Below, piece by piece: positions 11,438 to 25,200 of a stretch of DNA of 64,000 nt. The stretch comes from Piromyces finnis finn (taxonomy: Eukaryota; Fungi; Neocallimastigomycota): positions 62,001-126,000 of the forward strand of contig MCFH01000027.1 of assembly GCA_002104945.1 (NCBI GenBank). Direction: 5' to 3'. Made by a program: the position numbers and the translations under genes. The first letter of the stretch is position 1. Each line of letters opens with the position of its first letter. A model generated the notes under the pieces. The model searched no databases, was not told the origin of the DNA, and was given only the letters and a program-made list of their open reading frames with translations.

Positions 11438-13804
11438 TATATACCTTAAAACCTTTAATTTTTTCATTATTTTAAGAAATATTTTAATTTATATTTTTTT
11501 AATAAGCTTAATTTAGTATATATATATAAAAGTAAAAAATTTATTAACTTTCAAATAAAATTCCATTAACCATAATTCTATTCTATTTATATTTATTTAT
11601 ATATTCATTCATTCTATATATGTATATATATATTTATTTATTATATATTCATTTGCTTGTTTATTTAAAAAATAAACTTTTTCTATTTTTTTATTATTAT
11701 TAATCATTTAAATATTCATATTAATTTGATAATTTTTTTTTAAGTATTAAATACTGAGTATTACTACATTACAATTACATATAAATATAATATTTTAAGA
11801 GAAACAGCTTATATAAATTATTTATTATTAATTGTTGAGATTAGTATAGAATATGTAAAATTATATTATTACTATTAAAAAAAATAATAAATGTAATTCT
11901 AGTTTTGTTATATTTACTATTTTTTTTTTTTTTTGTAATAAAAATGTCTCTTTTCAATTATTAACAGTCATAGTCATTTTTTTGTCATGATTTTAATACC
12001 TATGGCAAATTAAATATTATCAAAAATGACTAATTTTTGGTATAATTAACAATAGATTGATTATTTTAATTTATCAAAGTGTGACACATCACAATAATTA
12101 TTTCTTCAATTTACCACTAAAAAGAGTATACAATATTTATTTTCCAATATTAAAAACGGAATATTATTCTAAGCATTATAAAACAGTTTTTTCTTTGTTT
12201 ATTTTTAAAATATGTAAAAGTAAAGATAATATATATATGAGTAATATATAAAATCACATTTTGAGGAAGGAGATTTTTTTTTCAATGGAGATTGTTTTTC
12301 AATAAATGAAAAAAAAAACAAATTGAATTACCAATACTTTTTTTAACTTATGAATCACTATAACCAATGATTTTTCCCCAAAAAAAAAACTCAAAATATT
12401 ATTATTTTTATAAATTTTTACATTTTTTTGATCTTCAATTTTCTTATATAATTTAACAATTTTTTACTAATTTTGGTAGGGTACTTTAGATTAATTTGTT
12501 TTTCATTCTTTACTCTATTTTTATATTATATAAAGTTTATGTGTTTAAATTCTAATAAAAATTATTGGTAAAAATGAAAATATATTAAAAATTTTATTAT
12601 ATAATTGTATTTTTGATGTCTCCTCAATTTTTTTGTATAATAAAAATTTAAATATTTATATATCAACGGTACATTTTTTAATAAGGAGAAATACATACAT
12701 AGTTCAATGATTCATTTATTTAGAATTTATGATAAATAACAAAAGATTGCTATATATAACAATTATTAATTTTTTATGATAATTCCTATTCAGAGGATAA
12801 CATGATATTAGTCTTATACATCAAAACCTTTATTTAACAATATTAGGGAAAATAAAACTATTTTATACAATTAAATATAGTATTTTAACTATCTCTAACA
12901 TTTATATATGTATCTGTAATATTTAAAAAAAAATATTCCTTTAATGTAATGATTGTTGGAGTGTAACATTAAATTAATTTATTTATAACCACCAAATTTA
13001 TAAATAAATTATTTTTTTGTAAGAAACATAATATATAAAGTTATAAATATTAATTTTAACCAATAATATTTTAGTTTTTATTAATAAATGAAAGTTTATT
13101 AGATCTTGATGAGGATGACCTCACCCTTCGTTTTTTTTTACTATTATATAATGGTGCCAAATTTTGCAAATAACCATACTATTACAAAGTAAATATAATA
13201 TATATACATTTTTGTAATATGAAATATATAAATAATTTTTTTTTTTTAATTTATTGTATTATTTTAGATCATATATAAAATAAAATTATTAAATCAATTT
13301 ATTAATTGTAATAGGTTCAGGTTGAAACAAAAAAATTAAAAATTATATAAAATTTGATATTATATAAAAAGAGAAAAAGAATTTAAATTAAAATTATATT
13401 GTTTAAAAAAATTAGAAAAAAAAATTATAAAAAATCTATAATTTTTAAAAAAAAGAATGTTTTTAATGAAATAAAAAGTTCACAAAAAAAAAAAGTTTAT
13501 AGAACAAAAAATTAGAATATAAAAAAACTTCAATGTAAAATAATTAATAGTAAATTTCTATTAAATGGTGATAATCGTCAATAAATAATTTTGTGAGCAA
13601 ATATAAACTTTTTTTAACTTTTTTTATTGATATATTTTTTTAAAAAAAAAAAGCCTAATATTATAAAAATATAAATTTAAACTTTATAATAAAAGAAAAG
13701 TTAATAGTTGTATAAAAATAAAAATTATCTAAAAGAAATAAACTTTTCATTAAAAAAGAAAAGAGAGAGAGAAACCAAATAAAATAATATACAATTATAA
13801 AAAA

Positions 13805-14461
13805 ATGGATACTGAAAAATATACATGTTTTATATGTTGGGAATCTATTTCACTCTCTGATAAAAAGGAAAGAAATGAAGTCATATCATGTTGTCGTTGT
13901 ACTCATAATGATTACAAATATGCTCATATTACTTGTTTAAAGTATTGGGTCAATAGTTCTAATGGAAATAACAAAAAATGTAATATCTGTTGTTCTCCTT
14001 ATGTTATTCAAAAAGCAAGAATACCATTCTCTACTATGTTAAAGTCTTATTGGTTAATAATGTATTTCTATATATTATTAGTAATTGCTTCTTTTATATT
14101 AAGTGTAATAACATGGGCAAAATTTATGATTCCTACTGCTGTATATATAATTACACCAATATTTAATAAAGAGACTCATCAATATGAAAACGAAAAAGAT
14201 ACTTCTGTAGTTTATGTTGAAAGTGATATCTATCAAAAAGTATTAGTTATAATTCAAACGATAGTACTTGTAATTCTTTGCTTCTTTGTTGGAAAATTAA
14301 TATTATCTTTTATTGGAAAAAGAACTAATAATAACAAATTGATAGGTATGAATCCAGATAATCAAATTATATCTGTTGAACTTAAAAAGGAAGTATTAAA
14401 AGAAGAAAAACAACCGATAATATATAATTATATTGATTCACTTGACATAAATATAATCTAA
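13805..14461 (+). CDS. RING-CH (RINGv, C4HC3) E3 ubiquitin ligase with two predicted TM segments (MARCH-type)
   Basis: CFIC...CRC...HITCLKYW...CNIC motif followed by two long hydrophobic stretches; single exon, 218 aa. Confidence 0.85.
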   Translation: MDTEKYTCFICWESISLSDKKERNEVISCCRCTHNDYKYAHITCLKYWVNSSNGNNKKCNICCSPYVIQKARIPFSTMLKSYWLIMYFYILLVIASFILSVITWAKFMIPTAVYIITPIFNKETHQYENEKDTSVVYVESDIYQKVLVIIQTIVLVILCFFVGKLILSFIGKRTNNNKLIGMNPDNQIISVELKKEVLKEEKQPIIYNYIDSLDINII

Positions 14462-15138
14462 GTTTCAAAAATAATTTCTAAGAAATTTCTTTGTAAATAA
14501 TTAATTATCGTAATAGAATATTAAAGTAAATCTTGTAGTAGTAATAACTAATCTAATCAATATAATTTAAAATTTTGTTTTTTCCTTTTCATTGACAATT
14601 AATACATATTCAATTATTTTTTTATGTAAATATATATATTTATACCAAAAAATCAACATATCAAAGCTCATTTAAAAAAAATACATATAATTGCCTATTT
14701 TTTATTATCAAAACAAAAATAAATAATTAACAGTTTTAGATATTTTTTTAATAAAATATTATTTATATTTATTATTTTTGTAACATAAAAAAAATAGTAT
14801 AATTTATTCCCATGTTTTTTACTTTTTTATTAATTTATTTCTAATCTAATGTTTTTTTTTTTTTTAATGTATTATACAGCCTATTTATTTTCACTATTTT
14901 TAATTTATAAGTAACATTAGATTAAATAAAAAAAAAAGTATTATTTTAAATAAATTAGTTTTTGAGAAATATTTTATTATTGTTAACTTTAGTTAATTAA
15001 AATAAAAATAATTCCCTTTACCTCTTTTAATATATAGGTGATTATAATTGGAAAAGGCAAAATCATTACAGGGAAACTAAGAAAAAAAAAACACGCAATC
15101 TTCAATAAAAAATAAAACAATTATAATAACGAAAAGAA

Positions 15139-15353
<215 letters not shown>

Positions 15354-16240
15354 TTTACAAAAATATGTTTAAAAAAAAGATAAAAATGAAATGTCTATAA
15401 AAGGATAAAATAATTAAATAAAATAAAATAAATAAAAAATAATAAAGAAATTAATTTTAATAAAAACAAATTTAATAATAAAAAAATAATAATAATAATA
15501 ATCAAGCATTATTATATTTTAAAGTTATTTAATTACGTTATAAAAAACTATTTGAATTGTTTTAAATAATTTGCGGTTGGTGTTATTTAATTTATTTTTT
15601 GAAATTTCAGAAATCCTCAATAATTTATTTTTTATTATTATTTTATATAAAAAAATGGTAACACATTACAATTATTGACCATATTTATTAATTTTGGAGA
15701 TTTATTAACTATTATGCTTTAATGATTTTCATTTCTATTTTAATTAATTTTAAATTAATGATTTATATAGTTTCATTAGAATTATTATTCTTGATAAAAA
15801 AAAATCATTATCTGCTAGTATTAGTTTTGATGAAGAGTTAAAAAAACATTTGTTATTTAATTCAAAAAATAATAGTAGTAGTAGTAATTTTTATGATATT
15901 TAATAATTAAATTATATTAATATTTTACAATAGAAAACACATTTAATTGTTTTAAATAATAAATAAAAAAGTGACTTTTATTATGAATCATATATATATA
16001 AATAAATTATTATACATTATATTTATGATAGATAAATATATATATATAAAAGGTAAATAATCAATAGTAACTAAGTAACTAATATTAATAATATTTTTGC
16101 TTTACTTTTTTTTTTAAATTGAATTGAATTAATTCAATGGTAAAACTAAATATATATAGTTTTATTTAATATAAAAAAAAGCATATACTATAATTCTCAT
16201 AATATATTTTGTAATTTTTTTTAATCCGTTTTTTTCTTCC

Positions 16241-17552
16241 TCATATCCAGGTGTTGACAAGACCTGTCATAAATAGACCAATATAAAAGCAAATCATTTG
16301 AATAGCTTTTTTACCAATACTTAAATTTGCCCAAATTTGTGAATTAGTATGGTTAGCAAGAATATTGACTAAAGAATCATAAATAAGAATACCAGAAGCA
16401 ATAATATCAATACAACCTTGAATACCAATAGAGGCTGGATCATTATCATTAAAAGATTCTCTAATGACAATACCTAAAAATGCACCAATTGGAAAGATCA
16501 TAGTATATAATGCAATCATAACTAAATATGGCTTAATTCTAGTAAATTTTGCTTCAAGAAAAATAGATGAAATAGCCATACCCTCAAAAAGTTGGTGGAA
16601 TAATAAGGCAAAAGTTAAAGGAATAATTTTATCAACACTAGTCAAACCAAATGAAAATCCAATTAAAAATGAGTGTACTGCAACACTTAATTCTACAAGA
16701 TAAAATACAATTTGTTTTTCTCTTATATCAACTTCATTATTTAATTGTTTGACTTCCAAGTAACAAACATCTCTATTACTAATTGTAGTAATATTTTCTG
16801 CTTTGATTTCAGTTTCTGTAATATCTCTCATAGAAATATTTACATTTAATGCTTTTTCACAATCACTTCCTGCTTTGTTATCAGTAATGTTCTTCTTTGC
16901 GACATTGGATTTAAGAACATGTGATGTTAAAACTTGAATAAGATGTGCAATTGTTACACCAATAATAACTAATGCACCACAAAAATGAGGATGTTCCTCT
17001 CTAAAGAAATGAGGTGAGTTATTAGAAATTAAGAGTTGATCTCCAGGAATTAACATATGAATAAAAGCTACACCAACAACAATTCCTACACCAAATATTT
17101 TTATGGAGCCAAATAAGACAGTATCAAGATTCAGGTATTTTCTAAATAAATGTATTTTTAAAAATTAAATTTTTTTTTTTATTTGATATGAATTATAAAT
17201 TATACATTTTTGGATAAAAATTTTTTTTTAATATTTATAATATTTATAAAATATTTACTTTTTCTTTAAAATAATTGGAAGGATAGTACCAGTAAAAGAA
17301 AACAAAAAAATAATTGCTACGCCCAATATAATAACAGTAATATTTTTCCCTACATGATGCTTTTCCACGATTTCAACTATTTTAAAATATTTTTATTAGA
17401 AATAATTTAATGATATATATTATAAATAACTTGTTAGTATTGGTTATTTTATCAAAAGTAATTACTTTCAAATGAGAAAACAGCAACTCACCCGCTCCTT
17501 GAGCTCTCAATATATATATTGAAAGAGTAAGTAAAAGAAAAAATAAATTCAT
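16241..17552 (-). CDS. ZIP-family (Zrt/Irt-like) Zn/Fe transporter, paralogue 1; exons 17492-17552, 17259-17376, 16241-17141
   Basis: TM4 HSFLIG and TM5 HQLFEG signatures, GVAFIHML. Two GT-AG introns give the in-frame signal peptide MNLFFLLLTLSIYILRAQGA. Confidence 0.92.
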
Positions 17553-17715
17553 TTTTGTTTAGAGAAATTGTATACAATTTTATAGAAATGACAAAAAAGG
17601 TGAAAATAAGTGTATAAAATAATTTGTTTATAAATAAAATGAAATGAAATATAAAGTTGAATTTTGTAATAGGTTTATGCTTTATTTATTTCTATTTCTT
17701 TTTCTATTCCTTTTT

Positions 17716-17751
<36 letters not shown>

Positions 17752-20700
17752 TTTCTTTATTGTTATTTCTTTTTTTAATATTTACTATTTTTTATTATTC
17801 AAAATAAAAAAAAAAAAACTACGGTAATCTTTCTTAATGTAATATAATTAATAGTTTGTATAATGATATTGAAAAATAGGTTCGATACTGAGTTCTTTTA
17901 TAATGTCTTTATTAGCTTCAAAATTGACAATTATATTTTTAATAAAATTAGGTATAATAATTATATAGCAGAGTGAATACAATATATATAATATTTGTAT
18001 AATTATATTAAATATGAATAATACTACAATGCATATATATTAAAATAAATATAATAATAAAATGGTAAGTATATTTTATAATAAAATTATTTAAATAATG
18101 GAGTATTAATAAAGTATAAATTATATTACAAAGGTATATGTGGATAGTATTTTTTTTTCCTTTTTTTTTTATTTTTAATTCTTTTATAAAGGTCTATCTA
18201 TAATGAATTATTTTTATATTTGGTATTTTTAAAACAAAAATTACATAATCAAAAAAAAAAAACTTTATATTAACACTATATTTTATATATTAATATAATT
18301 ACTTTTATTTATTAATACACAAAATAAAAAAAAAAAGAAAGGATAAGGAAAAAAGAAATATCTTTTATATTTTTTTTTAAAAAATGAAAGTTTATATCAT
18401 ACATTTAATTATCTATTTCTTTTTTAATATATTTCAAAAGAATAATTATTAAATTTATAATATATTATGATGTTATTACAATATAAAAAAATAAATTGAA
18501 TATTTGAAGCCTTTACATTCTACCTTATATTAAAGATACATAGAATATCTTCAAAATCATATAAAATAAAGTTTTTATTAGATTAAATAAAAAAGAATTT
18601 TAATATAAAACAAAAAAGAGTAATAATAAAATTGAAAATTGTCATCTTTTTGTAAAGTAGTAAAATGTAATAATAAATATATTTCTTTATTTTAAGATAT
18701 AATATTTAATGTTTTTTACTTATTTTATATTATAATATCGAATGTATTTTCAATAAACATACTTTTTTTTTTTTTCTTTTTCAGTAAAACCTAAAGAATC
18801 AATTTGAAAATTGTAAAGATTTTATAATTATTAATTAAATTTAATTAAATAGTAATAATATTTGAAATATATTATAATATATTATAATATATTATTAATT
18901 AAATTGTTTTTTGATCTTTTTGATTTTTTGAAAGAATTTCAAAAGCATTTTAATATTTTTCATATAAATATAATTACAAAATTATTATTATTATATGAAT
19001 ATGAATAAAACGTTTTTTATATATTATATTACGGCTATTATTTAATTAATGCTTATGAATTTTAAATATTTTAAAATAGTTTGACATTTATTTTTAATAG
19101 GATTATGAAAACGCTCAATATTACCTTTATTTGTTTCTACCCATATATTAACTTTGATAAATTATTATCATTCATTTTGAATTTTTAGTTCTTTTATATA
19201 TTTTATTTTTATATGAACAATATCGTTTTTCATAATAATTATAATTATCATATTTTTTTTTGTCCTTTCAATTTTTTAAAAAGTAATTTTTCCATATTAC
19301 ATATTACTTTTCTTTTACATATTGTTCAGTTTTATATTAAAAATAGTATATATTAATTAGATAGTGATATATTACAGGAGTTGACATGCTTTTAAATCAA
19401 TTCATATATTTTTAATTAAAAAATAATTTAATATATAGTCTGCTTATAATGTATACGTTATTAAATATTGTAATAAAAGTAAATTTTTTATAAGTAGAAA
19501 AGAGCCAATAAAAATAACTTAAGATCTAATGAATCCACATTTCCAAATAATTTTAAATATTTTTAAGTTTTCTAAAAAACTTAAAACTTTATTTTTTGTT
19601 TTGAAACAAAACTACCAAAACCAAAAATGATACACAGATTTCTTTTTAAATAACTCTGATTTTATAATCATTGCTTTATTATAAAAAATATAGATAATTA
19701 AAAAAATTAAAAGATTAATATATCATTTAACCTCTACTATTTAAATATTTATTTTTAAAAATCTTATTATTTAATATTTAATATTTATTATTTTTTTTAT
19801 TTTTTAGATTTTATCATGTATTATATTACATTAAGGATTATCATTATATTCGTACCTATTTTAATAAATAATATTAAAAAATTGGTTTAATTTACTTCAC
19901 ATATAATAAAATGAATCTTAAAATATATTGTTATGAATAAATAATATTATAGAGTCTTTCCTAATTATATTTATTATTAGATAATTCTTGAAGAAAAAAA
20001 AATTTTTTTAAAAAAAAAATTAAAAAAAAAACTTCTATATATTATTGATATATATTTATATATTTACTTTCTCATTTATTTGTTTAATTTTATTTATTCA
20101 TTATTGAATTATATTAATAATAATAAATGAATATAGAAATAACTTAATAAGAAAACATGTTTTCTTATTTAAAAAAATATGAAATGCATATGCATATTTA
20201 ATATCTTCCAAAATAAAATAATATATTAATAATAATTATTAAATAAAAAATATTTTCTATATAGAATTAAAATTTAATTAAAAAAATATATCATAACAAT
20301 GGTTCAACCCTATTTCTATATGTAGAAAAGGATTGAGTCAATGTTATTATTAGATATGCTCTTTATGATATATAATTGATATTTTAATCACAAATTATCA
20401 AAAAGATTTTTTTAAAACTTTTACTCTTAATATATTTCTTAAATAAATTTTGTCCTTTCTTTTTTTTATAGAATAAAAATGTGGTGAATCGTATAGAATT
20501 ATGCCAAGAAAAAAAAAAAAAAAAAAGGAAATTATATTATTTATTTTTAAGTTAGATAATCTTGTTTTAGATACTAAAAAATACTTTAAAGATTTATATT
20601 CTTAAAAAAAAATAAACTATAATATTAGAAATTTAAAATGGTTAATTTTTTTTTTTTTTTTTTTTGTAGTGAATGTAATATGAATTTATAAAATATAATA

Positions 20701-20895
20701 ATAAAAATGCATTCTATCAATTCTAGACTATTCTTTTGATTTACTTTTAAATATTATTAAAAAATTATATTTTTATTCATTATATATTAACTTGGAATAG
20801 TGTATATTTAGGATCATTTCAAAAAGAACTATATCAAAAATAGATTATTGGAATAATACATTGGATGATTTAATTCTGAAATAGTTTAAAATAAT

Positions 20896-20967
20896 TAGCA
20901 GCGGTATGTTTCGATCATACGACCTGTGGGTTATGAGCCCACCACGCTTCCACTGCGCTACGCTGCT
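20896..20967 (-). tRNA. Initiator tRNA-Met (CAT)
   Basis: 72 nt AGCAGCG...CGCTGCTA with A1-U72, anticodon arm GTGGG-CTCATAA-CCCAC, T-loop GATCGAAAC (initiator-type A54/A60) and a TTTT terminator just downstream. Confidence 0.97.
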
Positions 20968-21365
20968 TATTTCTTAAATTTATTGTGTAAGAATTAATAA
21001 TTATTTTTTGTATAAATTAATTCTTATTTAATTATTTTTTAATTATTAAATTAATTATTTATTTAAACTATTAGCATACATTCATTTAAATTACTATAAA
21101 CATTTATCTATATTGATATTAATTATTCATTTACTTAATTTAAAATTTATTTAATTACTATATTAATTATTTATTTATTTAATTTAGTAATATATTTAAA
21201 ATAATAGTAAACATTCATTTATTTTTTAATTAATAATTTTTGTATTACATTTTATAAGAAACATTATATATTTTATTTTACGTTTGTATTTTATATTTAT
21301 GTATCGTATCTTGAAATAACTTATAGAAACAATTAGAAAATATAAATACATATTAGGACAATCGG

Positions 21366-21498
21366 ATATTAAGGTTTTTCCGAATTTTAATCGGTTTTAC
21401 TTAATATTACGATGATTGATATATTAGTTATCAATCGAATATCTTTTTAGGTTTTTCTTCTAGTCTTTTCCTAAAAAGATTATTTGTTAAGATTAGAA
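21366..21498 (+). other. Structured RNA-like module, copy 2: ENE-like hairpin (21366-21407), spacer hairpin, pseudoknot (21441-21498)
   Basis: atattaag/cttaatat encloses G-U5, ccga/tcgg, U4-A. Stem atctttttagg/cctaaaaagat has the same 18-nt loop as copy 1; partner strand aagattagaa (one G-U pair). Confidence 0.55.
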
Positions 21499-21819
21499 AT
21501 TCTTTATTAAACTTTAAATTATCAAAAAATTATAAATATAAGGACTCTGGAATTCCACTAAAGAATCCAGAGTTATTATTTTAAGACAATTATAATAAAT
21601 AACCCTTTCAAAAACTATATTCATAAAAAATATTTACATTAAAGATAGTCTTAATATTTTGTGTTTGTTATTATAATTCACTTATAATAAACTCTTTAAG
21701 ATAAGTATTCATTTTTATTTACTATTAAGAAACTTCTCAATTTAATAATACATATTACGATTTGTATTATTATATTGTAGATAATAATTATTATTAAATA
21801 TATAATAATTATTACATAT

Positions 21820-22237
21820 TGATACGTGACGAACAGAAAATACTACTTTTGGTAGAAATTCCAGGTTAATTCATATAAGGGTTAAGATAATAATAAATTA
21901 ATAATAACTTTAATTAATAATGAAATTAATTAATATGAAATTAATTAAAAAAAAAATATTTAATATGTACTAATATAAATATAATTAATAATTAAATAAT
22001 TAAAATGATGTTCTTGATTTTGTAATTAAGTTCCAAAGATAATAAGATATAATAAAATGAGAAATTTAGTAGTAGTTTAGTAATATTAATAGTGAATAAG
22101 TAGTATATTTATATAGGAAATATAGTTATTTCAAATATGTATTATTAATAATAAATAAATGTAAAAATACTAATTATAATATATTTTAATAAAGATAAAT
22201 ATTTAATAATAATAAAAGGCTTATTTTGTTTATAATA

Positions 22238-22272
<35 letters not shown>

Positions 22273-23213
22273 TAAATAAGTAAATAAATACATAATAACT
22301 ATATCACATAATTATTAATAACTGGAATATATTATTTCAGCAATATTCCTTATTACCACAACCTCAAAATAAATAATAATATTATGATATTTTATTTTAT
22401 AACGTATCATTATAATAAATAATGAAATTAATAAATATAAAATTATTATTAAACCTGATTTAAGTTAACCCTAAAAGTAACTTAAAACAAGTTATAGTTT
22501 AATTAAGTACTTTACCAAAATTCTTAAATAAAATTAATCCTAAACACTGCATATATTTTGATTATTGAAAGAAAATAATAAACTTTAATTAATCGAGATC
22601 AAAATATATAACTTTTGTTAAATTAATTGTTAAATTAAATATTTAATAACTTCGTTAGTAAATTACACTTTAAAAGTAAACAAATATAATAATTCATGTT
22701 ATAAAATAATATAATTAAACACCTTTATTAAAACATTAAAAATAATTATTACTTTAATTAATTGTAAAATAAACAACTTTTTATATTCTTTAACTTTTAA
22801 TTATTTCTTTTATTGTTATTTCTAATTACTTTTATTGTAAATAGTTATTAATTTTATTGTTTTAATGTAAATAGTATAAATTTAAAAGAAAATATAAATA
22901 CATGTAAATATTCTTATTTTAATCATTATTATTATTATTAATAAAGAAATTTTATATAGTTAGATTAATATTTTATAATTTTAATAATCACTTTTATACT
23001 TAAATAAATAAAAATTTTAAATATTTAAATATTAGAAAAACAAGTGTTTCTAATAAAACCATTTAGTGTTTTAACAAAACAATTTTTTTAATTTTTATAA
23101 AAACGATTTTAAATCTTAATCAATATAACTTATATAGTTATAACAAAAGATATAATATAATAATCACTTTTTGAAGTAAAATTCAAAATTAAGATTATTA
23201 TCAAATTATATCA
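21820..23213 (+). mobile_element. Putative 5' LTR of the Gypsy element (~1.4 kb)
   Basis: Ends TATCA 1 nt before a PBS. TGATA at 21820 is the complementary terminus candidate. No second copy was found, so the 5' boundary is uncertain. Confidence 0.5.
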
Positions 23214-23214
23214 A

Positions 23215-23231
23215 TGGTCCTTCGAACCGGA
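23215..23231 (+). promoter_or_regulatory. Primer-binding site complementary to an animal-type tRNA-Tyr 3' end
   Basis: TGGTCCTTCGAACCGGA directly after ...CA. Matches the complement of ...UCCGGCUCGAAGGA-CCA at 16/17 positions. Confidence 0.75.
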
Positions 23232-23590
23232 GAATCAAAATAAGGTAAATATATAAATTTTCTTTATATAAAAATTTCATATAGAATAGTAAAATATTCT
23301 ATGAAATTAATTAAATAATCAAGTTATAATAGTATAGAATAGATAGTTAATAGAATAGTTAAATATTCTCAATATTTTATCTATTTAGAAATTATAACTT
23401 ATTAAATAATAAAATAATATTAAAATAATAAATCAATATTCAATATTGAAATATTATTTAAATATTATTAAATCAATATTAAAATAAAATAAATAAATTA
23501 TAATACTTAATAGTATAGTATTAATATAGTAAATTGATATATAAACATTATATATTAGATAAAATATATAGATATTTTAAATAAGAAAAG

Positions 23591-23634
<44 letters not shown>

Positions 23635-25200
23635 GTATAGAAAAATTATTAGATAAATAGATTGATAATATTATAAATAAGATAGTTGAAAGAATTAATT
23701 ATAATAATAAAATAGGTATATATACATTAGATATATATACATAAAAATAAATATATAATAAAAATAAATCAAAATAATAATAAATAAAGATTTAAGTATA
23801 TATATATAAAAAATATATATACACCAAACAAACCAAAAAAAAAAAAAAAAAAAATTATAAATATAAAACTTTATAAATAAAAATACTTGTAAAAATATAC
23901 TAGGAGCGTATAGAGCTCATATACAGAGTTTCAGTGTATAATTAACTAGTTTCAGTTGGTTAGAAACTATAACTGTTAATCACTGAAGTATTTGTAAAAG
24001 TAGGACGAGTGTGAATAGCACGCTTACCTGGGGGAAGGGATTGTTAGTGTGATAAAAAGTACGCAATACAGGACTCTCAAGTTGAATACTTTTGTGAACT
24101 CTGGCGAATAAGGAACTTTAGTCACCGAAGGCTAAAGGTTTGTCGTGAAGGTAAAGCGACATAAAAATATATAGTTTAAATTTATTTTGAGGTCTAGTAT
24201 ATCACCTCTAGTTAGTAGCTTTTTCCGGTTAATTAAATTGTTGTAAGGCACTAAAAAGCGAAAAATAAATCCTGTAAGTAAAGTTTTATATTTAATTATT
24301 TTTTTTAAAAGAAAAAGAAATACATAAATTATAATTATAAATTAATAATTATAATTTATAAATTAAAGATAAAAATTATTTAATAAAAATTATAAAATAT
24401 AATCATCGGTCAAATAAAATTAAGAGTATTGTTATAAATTTTAAATAATAAAAGCAATAATATTGAGTTGTCTTTTTAGTTAATTTTCAGCGAAAAATAA
24501 CTTTTGTTTATCTTTTCGGTTAATTAATTACTAAGATAATTAAAGTGTTTTATAGTAAGTTAGTAAGAGTGCAGTTTTATCACATATCGTGGGGGAGTAG
24601 AGCGCTAACTAATAAGTAAATATTACACCACTTAATATTTATGACGGTTAGTTAGTGGAGGTCGAAAGGTACGGTGACGAAACTGTCGGGTACTCTGAAG
24701 GTACTATAATAACATAATCAATATTATTTTCTGCTTTATAATAAAGAAATAAAAATAAACATCCTACTCTAAATTAAATATTTTTTTTTAACAATACTAA
24801 TATATAAATAACTTAATATAAATAAAATATATTCTTAACATTTTCTCAAAAAAAATAAAATCTTCTTAATTACAATAAAACTAAAACAAGTGTCTACAAG
24901 TGTTTACAAACAACAACCAATTACTCCTTTTATATTACATTATATAGACGTTATATAAGATTATATTAATAAAAGTATAATAAATAAAATACCTGTAAAT
25001 AAAATTATATTATTGTAAATAAAGACTATTGTAAATAAAAATATATTACTGTACTTATAACTAAATTATTGTAAATAAAGATTGTTGTAAATAAAAACAT
25101 ATTATTGTTCTTATAACTAAATTATTGAGAATAAATAAAAATTGAACTTTTAAATAAAATATTAAAATAAAATTAAATAAAATAAAAATAAAAAGTAATA

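Noticed and set aside
12057-12251. 64-aa ORF
   Set aside because: TTG start, background composition, no motif; same for 57468-57758.
17553-18600. Zap1-type zinc-responsive element upstream of either ZIP gene
   Set aside because: No ACCTTNAAGGT-like match and no shared motif visible.
24640-24705. Possible hammerhead ribozyme (cgaaac-t-gtc ... ctgaagg)
   Set aside because: The core is CUGAAGG rather than CUGANGA, stem III has a 1-nt loop, and stems I and II cannot be formed.
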